From a virus (Duplodnaviria > Heunggongvirae > Uroviricota > Caudoviricetes), in IMG/VR virus record IMGVR_UViG_2693429728_000015, positions 1 to 21,849 of that record: a DNA stretch of 21,849 bases, one strand, 5' to 3'. The position numbers were made by a program, and so were the translations under genes. Below, piece by piece: positions 1 to 7,386 of the stretch. Numbering within the stretch: position 1 is the first letter of the stretch; each line of letters begins with the position of its first letter. The notes beneath the pieces were generated by a model. The model made no database searches, had not been told where the DNA came from, and worked only from the letters and a program-made list of their open reading frames with translations.

Positions 1-86
1 ACAGTTGGTGTGGCGGCCTCAGTCCGGAACAATTTGAAAACAAGAACCTCGCTTAGGCCTGTGTCCATATTACGTGGGTAGGATCA
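1..86 (+). mobile_element. Right end of insertion sequence IS3: 3' end of the orfB transposase (stop at 54-56) plus the right terminal inverted repeat, ending at 86
   Basis: 1-86 matches my recollection of the IS3 right end (...CAGTTGGTGTGGCGGCCTCAGTCCGGAACAATTTGAAAACAAGAACCTCGCTTAGGCCTGTGTCCATATTACGTGGGTAGGATCA). Frame 3 reads ...SWCGGLSPEQFENKNLA*. The terminal TGATCCTACCCAC (reverse complement) is the imperfect partner of the IS3 left repeat TGATCTTACCCAG. Confidence 0.85.
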
Positions 87-1926
87 CGCAGGGGTCGGCC
101 CATTTGAGCTTCAGATAGGAACGTTTGAATTCCTTTCACAAAATACATCACATACTGAACGTGAACATTCCCACTTTGATCTTAAGGCCAAAAAGTATGC
201 AGGACTAATGATTTTTAGGGATAGCTTGAGAGTATTACCTTATGGTCGAGTAGATAATGATTTCTTCCAGATAGAAGAAAGACGTTCATGGAATGCAGGG
301 CGATATTATTGGTCTAATAGAAGGATTTTTGGTTATATTGGAATTACTCAATCCAGTAATAAAGAGCTGAAAGATAAGTCGGGGAGAGAGGGATTCATAA
401 GAAACCAGGCTGCAAGAGAACTGAAAACTATTATATCTAATTTGTTAACTGAACTTGCTGATAGATTTTTTGGTTCACGTTCTGATGACCGTAAAGAGCT
501 TTTAGAACAAGTTAAGCGTGAAAAAGAGTTAAGAAAATCTGCTCAACAACAAGCTCGAAAATCAACACAAAAAAGTTTTTCAGAAGCTTTGAAGAATCAG
601 ACACCAGTTCTTGATGCTTCCTTGGAGGCTGTTAAAAGGCTGAAAACTAAGCTTGATAAAACTGATGGTTCGTTAGATTTAAACTATCTTAAAATTATAG
701 ACAGTGATCTTACAAACTTAGATGCGTTGCGCAGTGAAATTAAAACGCCTATCAAACCTCCAAAACTTGGAATGTATGAAGAGAAATATAGAGACTACAG
801 AGATAAATTTAATGAGTTCTCTGCGTATATTCTACAAATGAAGTTAGCAATTAATAAACTTGATTCTGAATTAAATAAACTTGAGCCTTCATTGTCAGCG
901 AAAAATCACCTTGAAAAAAATCAAGGTATTATTAATTCTAAACTAACTAAGTTTAATAACACGATAGAGGAGAAGATACATTCTCTTTTAAAAAAATGGG
1001 CCGATGAAATAAAGGTTGATCGAAGTGATTATTATGCTAAAACTATATCAGTTGTTGATTCAATAGATAATGATTCACAAATTGAAAATGTGTTTAATTT
1101 GCTCGATAGTTTATATGTTGAGTCAGTTGATACCCTAACTTTCAAATATCAATCAATAATAAAAGGTCTCGATGGATTATTTGAAGGTATAAACTTAGAT
1201 TCAGCATTCTCATTATCTGAAGAAGAACGCTCATATTTTGAAGAAAAAGCTAAAAGTTTAAACGCGCTTGCACAGTTAGGTATTAGTGTTGAGATAATAT
1301 CTCATGAACTTGAAGAAATGGATTCTATGGTAACCAGAGGACTAAACTCTCTTCCTACTTCTGTAAAAGAACACCCTGGTTTTTCATTGGCGTTAAATGC
1401 TCACAGATCGCTTACTCAACAAATACGTTTCTTATCACCTTTGAAAATATCAGGTTATCAATCCAGGCAGAGAATAACTGGAAAAAATATCATGGATTAT
1501 GTCCTGAAGTTCTTTGGGGAGCGTTTCGAACGGCAACGAATAACTATTGAATTTAGTGAAGAGTTTAAGCAAATCGCAATAACAGATATACCATCAAGGA
1601 TCTATCCTGTTTTTACTAATATTATCAACAATGCAATGTATTGGGTCAGTCTGTCAAATAATAGGCTCATAAAGATTGGTTTTGTGAATTCTTTGGTTAT
1701 CATAGCAAATTCTGGTCCGGCAATTGATACCGATGATATCCCGCGACTATTTGAACTATTTTATAGCAAAAGAGCAAATGGACATGGGGTAGGTCTGTAT
1801 CTATGTCGAGAAAACCTTGCTGTTGCACATCATAAAATATGGTATTCAGAACCTGATGAAGGCGATAACTATTTAATAAAAGATGGCGCTAATTTTGTGA
1901 TCCAGTTCAATGGAGTGGAGTTCTAA
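87..1926 (+). pseudogene. 3' portion of a histidine-kinase-like (GHKL) ATPase gene, with its 5' part removed by the IS3 insertion
   Basis: The reading frame is open from the IS3 boundary (AGVGPFELQIGTFEF...LMIFRDSLRVLPYG), so the annotated ATG at 208 is internal. A long K/E/L-rich helical middle region follows. The C-terminus has an H-box-like ISHELEEM (His codon 1303-1305), an N-box NIINNAMYW, a G1-like SGPAIDTDD, FELFYSKR and a G2-like GHGVGLYLCRENL. Confidence 0.7.
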
Positions 1927-1927
1927 T

Positions 1928-3676
1928 ATGACAGTGGCAAATTATAATTCTCTTGTCCAGAAAACTTTCTGCGAAAATGCAATTCGTTCCGTTGTCATGA
2001 TTGATGACGATTTTCTGACGTATTCTGAATCAATCAGGGCGTTGAATAACGAAGTTGATTTAGACTACAACAAAATTGACTCATCTAAACGAGCCGCTAC
2101 TCTTGAGAGCTTTTTTCAATCTAAAAATATGATTTGTGATGTTGACAATGGTTCTGTTAATTTCGATGTGGATCGGATTAGAAAATCAGATCTTATTATT
2201 GTAGATTATCATCTTGATAATAATGCACCTGATAAAACACTTAAACTATTACAAGATTTGAAAGGCTCCGATCATTTAAATATGATTGTAATATATACTA
2301 GAGAGAATTTAGAAACGGTTTGGATGCAGATATCATCGACTCTCAAAGGTGCTCTGGATATCAACAGCTTGATCATTGACTACGATAATGAAGATGTCCA
2401 AAGTTATTGGGAAGACGTTGTATTACCGAACTTAAATGATAATGGTAATAAAGCTCTCACAAGAGATGAAACAATAGCCTATATTAAAGACAGTAAGCCT
2501 TGTAGAAGAATTAAAAGATTAATACATGATGATGCTGTGTTGGAGGATCAAAAGGATAAAAACTTCATTGCAAAAATGATTGCAGAATATGCTGTGTCTA
2601 GAAATGCAATTATTTCTAGCAACACATCTGGCAATGTCATTCGGGGTGATGAAAGCGGAGTAAAATGGATTCAATGTGGTAATATCTTTGTCTCCCTATT
2701 TCATAAGGTTCAAGATGATCATGAAAACGATGGAGATAGGATTTGGCAAACTCTCAATGATTCTCTCATTGAATGGAAACCATCTTATTATCAGTTAATA
2801 AAATCTGAAATTCAGAATGCAATCGAAGCTGAGGCTTTATCTTTTGTAAATCATTTGGCTAACGATCATTACGGTCAAGCTGCGTGGTTAAATGAGATAT
2901 TAAAATCAGACTCGCCTGATATTAGATGTAGAAATATTGACTTTGTATTTGGTAATTTATCAGAAGAGCTTTATCAAAGACTTAAAAATAATAATACGCT
3001 GGATGAATTTATCAAAAGTGTTTTTGATAGCTATTCAAATGAATACGCTAACAGCGGAGTTGCTGCATTGCTCCAATATTGCTCTTCAAAAATGGATCTG
3101 CCATCAAATAATGATACTTATCACGAAATGTATCATGCTTTAAATATGAATTTGTCTTCAAAGAATTTTGAAGATGGTCATATTTCTACTGGCACTATTT
3201 TCTTTGATACAGAGTCGAACAAATGGTATTTATGTGTATCTGCGGCATGTGATTTGGTTCCTACTCAGGGTAACGACCCTCACCATGTAAGATTAAGTCC
3301 GCACAGGCTCATTAAAGTTCTGGAGCTTTTTAACGCCAGTCAGAGTAAAGCATTGCCATTTGCTGAACATTCGAAATATATATATGTAATGCATAAAAAT
3401 CAAAGAAAATATCTCTCTATTTTCGAAGGGGATAAAACGCTTCCTGTTGTTGATTATATGGTGGTGTTGAATCATGGAACAACAGTTGATGGCGAAGAAA
3501 AAAATATTATTTCTGCCGTGTTTTTAAGTAATATGGATGGCAACGTGCAAAATGTTCCTGTCCGACTCAAACTTAAATCTCAACTGAGAACTGGTTATGC
3601 AGAAAGATATCAGGCTATAGCGTCTCAGTATAGCTCAAGGATTGGTGTGGATTATGTATCAATGATGCTACCATAA
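1928..3676 (+). CDS. Receiver(REC)-like domain protein with a roughly 450-aa uncharacterised C-terminal region (putative effector)
   Basis: GGAG lies 7 nt upstream of the ATG at 1928, 2 nt after the upstream stop. An alternative ATG at 1910 overlaps the upstream gene. The N-terminus shows receiver hallmarks: acidic pocket VVMIDDD, candidate phospho-acceptor LIIVDYHLD (Asp codon 2204-2206) and a VIYT threonine about 31 aa later. I recognise no domain in the remainder (for example WYLCVSAACDLVP). Confidence 0.65.
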   Translation: MTVANYNSLVQKTFCENAIRSVVMIDDDFLTYSESIRALNNEVDLDYNKIDSSKRAATLESFFQSKNMICDVDNGSVNFDVDRIRKSDLIIVDYHLDNNAPDKTLKLLQDLKGSDHLNMIVIYTRENLETVWMQISSTLKGALDINSLIIDYDNEDVQSYWEDVVLPNLNDNGNKALTRDETIAYIKDSKPCRRIKRLIHDDAVLEDQKDKNFIAKMIAEYAVSRNAIISSNTSGNVIRGDESGVKWIQCGNIFVSLFHKVQDDHENDGDRIWQTLNDSLIEWKPSYYQLIKSEIQNAIEAEALSFVNHLANDHYGQAAWLNEILKSDSPDIRCRNIDFVFGNLSEELYQRLKNNNTLDEFIKSVFDSYSNEYANSGVAALLQYCSSKMDLPSNNDTYHEMYHALNMNLSSKNFEDGHISTGTIFFDTESNKWYLCVSAACDLVPTQGNDPHHVRLSPHRLIKVLELFNASQSKALPFAEHSKYIYVMHKNQRKYLSIFEGDKTLPVVDYMVVLNHGTTVDGEEKNIISAVFLSNMDGNVQNVPVRLKLKSQLRTGYAERYQAIASQYSSRIGVDYVSMMLP

Positions 3677-3688
3677 TTATTATATTTT

Positions 3689-3722
3689 AGGCGTGGTGAT
3701 TTTTTTTCGCCATGCCTATTTT
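3689..3722 (+). terminator. Putative Rho-independent terminator between convergent genes
   Basis: AGGCGTGG (3689-3696) pairs with CCATGCCT (3710-3717), including one G-U pair, around a T-rich loop. ATTTTATATTT follows. Confidence 0.35.
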
Positions 3723-3747
3723 ATATTTATCATCACAATGATGTTGT

Positions 3748-4163
3748 TTATTTTTGTTTAAGTCTTCTAAGCTTCATGCATTCTAATGAGAATAATAATA
3801 GAGTTGTGCTGTATATAAAGCCAGAGTTAGTTAATAACTTTAAATTTAATGCTTCAGGATTTTCACTGAGAAAGTGAAAGGCATAAACTAAGTATACAGC
3901 TAAAGTAGCCGTTCCAATTGTTGGTCCAATATCGCCTTGATCATGAGGTTCAAGGTTTACATTGAACTTGAAGATTAGCCATTCAAATCCCCAAGTAAAA
4001 AAACAACTAATATCATGGCTGCGAATAATTTCGCGATGTTATCTGCTGATGGATTCATCAGAACAGATTGTTTCTGAAAAAATTCACAAAGTGAGAGTCC
4101 GAAAAAAATAAAAAAAAGTGGTCTGGAACTAAATTTTTCAAAAACTTTGAATAGGGTTTCCAT
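3748..4163 (-). pseudogene. Small hydrophobic (membrane) protein ORF, split by a frameshift at an A7/T7 homopolymer
   Basis: ORF 3975-4163 (METLFKVF...VVFLLGDLNG*) stops shortly after the tract at 3997-4003. A second frame stays open from that tract to a stop at 3748-3750 (TWGFEWLIFKFNVNLEPHDQGDIGPTIGTATLAVYLVYAFHF...). One extra T in the tract would fuse the two into a protein of about 138 aa. A TATAAT hexamer and AAGG precede the ATG. Confidence 0.35.
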
Positions 4164-4201
4164 TTTCTTTACCTTCAGGATTATATTAGCTATTCTGATA
4201 C

Positions 4202-5431
4202 TTAGGCTACCAGAGCATTTGATCTTTGAGCTTGAACGTAATCACTCCACCATTGCATCAAACTCTGTCGCTCTATCAGATATTCTGCACGATTGTATGC
4301 TGCGATAATTTCATCTTTTTTCGAGTGGGCAAGCGCTGCCTCAAGAACTTCAGCTCTGAATTTACCAGACTCCTCTGCCGCTGTTCGTGCAATAGAACGC
4401 ATACCGTGAGCTACAAGCTCGCCTCCGAACCCCATTCGGATGATAGCTGCGTTGGCTGTTTGTTCATGCATATGATTAAGAGGCGCTTTTATGCTGGGGA
4501 AAACCCATTCTCTATGCCCACTTATTGATTTCATTAATTCAAGGATGCGCAAAGCTTCTTTACTCAAAGGAACTTTGTGAAGCTTTTTCATTTTCATGAA
4601 ATCAGCAGGAATGTTCCAAATGCTGTTGGTTGTATCAATATCAGACCACCTTGCGCGAACGGCTTCACCCGGACGAACCCATGTCAACAATTGCCATTCA
4701 ATTAGCATACGTGTTTCCAACCGGATTGACGCATTCGTCAAAGATTCCATAAACCTTGGCAATTCGCTTGGGGGAAGGGCAGGCATATTTTGCTTTTTTG
4801 GTTTACTGAATCTTTGACCAAGGTTGTCAGCCGGGTTGAACTCAATAAGTTCTTCAGTAGCTGCCCACCGGAAGATTTCATTCAGACGTGAAATGATACG
4901 GCGTAGAGTTTCCAATACGCCTCGTTGCTCAATAGGATCAAGGTGTTGTTTTAAGAGCTTAGGTCGGATCTCATTGATAGGGACATTACCCAGACCGGGA
5001 AAGACATTTCTCTCTAAGCTGCGCCAGATGTCTGCTGCATGGTCTTGTGAGATACCTGATGTCTTTACCTTCTCATCTAACCATTTCCGCGCTACGGCTT
5101 GGAGAGTGTGCTCAGTAGCACTCTTTAATGCCTTCGCCTTATCGTTGTTATGGATTTGGGGATCAACACCATTTGCCAGAAAGGAGAGATATTCATCACG
5201 TAAGGCTCTGGCTCTTGCAAGGGTAAGGTGAGGATATGTCCCAAGGCTCATTTTGGTTCTTTTCTTGCTCACTGGTACTGCATACCTGAAATACCAATTT
5301 TTCTTGCCTCCTTTCGCCAAAGGAGCGATTCGTAGAATCAGACCATCACCGTCAAACAAGTTGATTTCTTTATCGGCTGGCTTGGTGCTTTTGATTTCAG
5401 TGTCAGTGAGCTTCTTAGCGATTTTTGCCAT
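4202..5431 (-). CDS. P4-type (tRNA/tmRNA-associated) tyrosine integrase
   Basis: The N-terminus MAKIAKKLTDTEIKSTKPADKEINLFDGDGLILRI is typical of P4-like integrases. The C-terminus has ...VRPGEA..., HGMRSIARTA and AYNRAEYL (catalytic Arg, His-x-x-Arg and Tyr). Overall it resembles CP4-57 IntA as I remember it. I prefer the ATG at 5429-5431 (GAGGG upstream) to the ORF-track start at 5473, which has no Shine-Dalgarno sequence. Confidence 0.9.
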   Translation of the reverse strand: MAKIAKKLTDTEIKSTKPADKEINLFDGDGLILRIAPLAKGGKKNWYFRYAVPVSKKRTKMSLGTYPHLTLARARALRDEYLSFLANGVDPQIHNNDKAKALKSATEHTLQAVARKWLDEKVKTSGISQDHAADIWRSLERNVFPGLGNVPINEIRPKLLKQHLDPIEQRGVLETLRRIISRLNEIFRWAATEELIEFNPADNLGQRFSKPKKQNMPALPPSELPRFMESLTNASIRLETRMLIEWQLLTWVRPGEAVRARWSDIDTTNSIWNIPADFMKMKKLHKVPLSKEALRILELMKSISGHREWVFPSIKAPLNHMHEQTANAAIIRMGFGGELVAHGMRSIARTAAEESGKFRAEVLEAALAHSKKDEIIAAYNRAEYLIERQSLMQWWSDYVQAQRSNALVA

Positions 5432-5528
5432 TTTGGGACCCTCGGTTTTTGGACCCTTCTTAATGGGTCCCATTCAGGGTGCCATAACTCGTAGTTCTCA
5501 GCAATTCTCACTGGACGACAATAGACGT

Positions 5529-5561
5529 AAAAAAGCCCGCAGAGCTTGTGCTGTGTGGGCT
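5529..5561 (-). terminator. Rho-independent terminator immediately downstream of the ssrA 3' fragment
   Basis: The minus strand reads AGCCCACA-loop-TGCGGGCT (one mismatch) followed by TTTTTT. Confidence 0.5.
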
Positions 5562-5596
5562 TAGTAGACTTCATTGAACTTCAAACAACTAAAAAG

Positions 5597-5641
5597 TGGT
5601 GGAGCTGGCGGGAGTTGAACCCGCGTCCGAAATTCCTACAT
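5597..5641 (-). repeat. ssrA: 45-bp copy of the 3' end of ssrA (tmRNA T-arm and acceptor, ending CCA): attachment-site junction between two integrated elements
   Basis: The minus strand reads ATGTAGGAATTTCGGACGCGGGTTCAACTCCCGCCAGCTCCACCA, identical to the E. coli tmRNA 3' end as I recall it. Similarity stops abruptly at 5642, where AT-rich sequence begins, so this is a fragment and not the gene. Confidence 0.85.
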
Positions 5642-5764
5642 ACTAATAATATATCTTTAAAATCAAAATATTCTATTATTTATCAATGTATTATGTTTAT
5701 GTGGTGTTAAGGGGTTTATATGGGTTTTAGTTCTCTGCCGCCAAAATGCAGCCAAAAAAATTGA

Positions 5765-5794
5765 ATGGTAAAACGCCAGTTCGTTGAACTGGCG
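5765..5794 (-). terminator. Rho-independent terminator ending the int-dut/dcd-like-thyX-like transcription unit
   Basis: A perfect 9-bp stem, CGCCAGTTC / GAACTGGCG (5774-5794), has a 3-nt loop. On the minus strand TTTTACC follows, 11 nt after the stop at 5805. Confidence 0.7.
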
Positions 5795-5804
5795 AGATCT
5801 TGTC

Positions 5805-6572
5805 TTATTGTTTTATTATCTTAACGTGCGCCGTTCCTCCATTGACTTTTTCGAAATCTTGGAACAAGGCAGGGGCATCTTGAGTTACAATATCGTAAAG
5901 TTTTTCTGAAACTGTTCTCATTTCATAGTCACCCTGTATTGCTCCTCTCATTTCGAAGAAGTGTCGAATTGCGCGAGCATTTGCTGTGACGATTATTTTT
6001 GTCTCGGTTGCATTAGGCAATATAGAGCGAGAAGCGCTTCTTAGGGCCCGCATTTTTTCTTTTTTGTTCTCATACGATTGGTTTTCACGGATTTTTTTCA
6101 AGGATTGCTTATAAAAATCCAGACTACTTTCAATATGTTGGCACCATGACTTAAACAATTCTGGGTCATTTTTTACTTCTATAGGGGCTACGAATTCAGC
6201 ATCGGATTCATCATGATACTGTTGGGATAACTGGCTATATGAAAAACCAGCTCTATGCCGAACTAGCTGGTGTGTAAATGCACGAGATACCCCAGTAATT
6301 AAAAAGGTCCAGTTCAAATGTTCTAAGACACTTTCATGCCCTTGAATAATTAAATTGTTGATATATTGACTTGTAGTCCGTGGAGACTGCTTATCCTCTC
6401 CAAAAGACATATAACATAGCCTGCCAGCGGCCTCTACCAGAAGCTCAGCTTCGGTCGCCTGCCCTTTGCGAACCCATTGCAATGATGATGTGTTTAAAAA
6501 ATCATCAAAAACATTACTTTCAAATGAAGGGTGTGATATGCATTTTACTGATAAATCAGAGATTTTTATCAT
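5805..6572 (-). CDS. Divergent ThyX-like protein (flavin-dependent thymidylate synthase fold)
   Basis: ThyX signature blocks are present: AAGRLCYMS, QGHESVLEH, THQLVRHRAGFSYSQLSQQY (compare the RHR...S....SxRY motif) and ARAIRHFFEMRG. GGGAG lies 5 nt upstream of the ATG, and the start is 2 nt after the upstream stop. The gene is AT-rich relative to the phage backbone. Confidence 0.75.
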   Translation of the reverse strand: MIKISDLSVKCISHPSFESNVFDDFLNTSSLQWVRKGQATEAELLVEAAGRLCYMSFGEDKQSPRTTSQYINNLIIQGHESVLEHLNWTFLITGVSRAFTHQLVRHRAGFSYSQLSQQYHDESDAEFVAPIEVKNDPELFKSWCQHIESSLDFYKQSLKKIRENQSYENKKEKMRALRSASRSILPNATETKIIVTANARAIRHFFEMRGAIQGDYEMRTVSEKLYDIVTQDAPALFQDFEKVNGGTAHVKIIKQ

Positions 6573-6574
6573 TT

Positions 6575-7360
6575 TTACTCCCGTATAGCTTTTGGGGTGC
6601 TTACTTTAGCATCAACCTTTGGTTCGTTTGATTTAGCATTTTTTAGTAATTCAACGGTGCTTTTTAGGCTATTTATTTCATTTTGTTGAACTTTTATTGT
6701 TAATTCAAGATCTTTTGTACTACTGACATTACTGGATACTATTTGAAATAAGAAAGGAATTGCTAGGGTTATCAACGTTAGCATTAAGGCTGCTATCGCA
6801 ATTATAAAGCCAGTTTTTTTCGCAATGATTTTATTGATTTCTTTCGGAAGTCGTTTATCAAGTCCTGCAAAATCCTTTCCCATTCTAGAAAGTTGATCAT
6901 CATCCAATTTATTTACGATTTTTCCTTGGTAACCTTTAGTCGGTATTATTGTTTTAAATAATAACATTCGGGCTACTGCAGAATTTTGTGTCAATGAGAA
7001 TGGTTCTTTTGACATATTTACAAGATATATTGAAATTATGCCATTATATCCAGGGTCAATATGCCCTGGATTCGTCATGATAATTCCATTTTTTGATAGT
7101 GTGTTTCTTGGGAATATTACACCAGCTAAATTTTTTGCAAGTTGGAATTTTTCATTTAACTCTAATATTACAGTTTCCCCTGGCATCAGGATATGGTTGT
7201 TACGTGTTTTTTTATTGTCTTGACAGTCTGGTATATGTATTGTTTTTACAGAGAGATCAATGCTTGCAGATTGAACTTTAAATGTTCCATTTAATACCGT
7301 TAATGGATCAAAAATGTTGCCTCGCTGAATTTCATCATTGATTTCTATTTCAGACAGCAT
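6575..7360 (-). CDS. dUTPase/dCTP-deaminase (Dut/Dcd) superfamily protein with a C-terminal transmembrane helix and a coiled-coil tail
   Basis: Blocks align with E. coli Dut and Dcd: SASIDLSV, MPGETVIL, FPRNTLSKNGI and GHIDPGYNGIISIYLVNMSKEPFSLTQNSAVARMLLF. A hydrophobic segment, GFIIAIAALMLTLITLAIPFLFQIV (about nt 6737-6811), is followed by a heptad-like tail. AGGA lies 8 nt upstream of the ATG, 26 nt downstream of the int stop. Confidence 0.7.
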   Translation of the reverse strand: MLSEIEINDEIQRGNIFDPLTVLNGTFKVQSASIDLSVKTIHIPDCQDNKKTRNNHILMPGETVILELNEKFQLAKNLAGVIFPRNTLSKNGIIMTNPGHIDPGYNGIISIYLVNMSKEPFSLTQNSAVARMLLFKTIIPTKGYQGKIVNKLDDDQLSRMGKDFAGLDKRLPKEINKIIAKKTGFIIAIAALMLTLITLAIPFLFQIVSSNVSSTKDLELTIKVQQNEINSLKSTVELLKNAKSNEPKVDAKVSTPKAIRE

Positions 7361-7386
7361 ATCAAAATCCTATATTTGTAAAGTTA

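Noticed and set aside
4226-5574. Plus- and minus-strand ORFs overlapping the P4-type integrase (4226-4528, 4596-4817, 4824-5231, 5253-5564, 5338-5574)
   Set aside because: These are shadow frames of, or frames overlapping, a well-supported integrase gene. Their products have low-complexity or Cys/Arg-rich sequences and there are no ribosome-binding sites.
5597-5641. A functional tmRNA (ssrA) gene
   Set aside because: Only the last 45 nt of ssrA are present, and upstream similarity ends abruptly at 5642. It is an att-site remnant and not an RNA gene.
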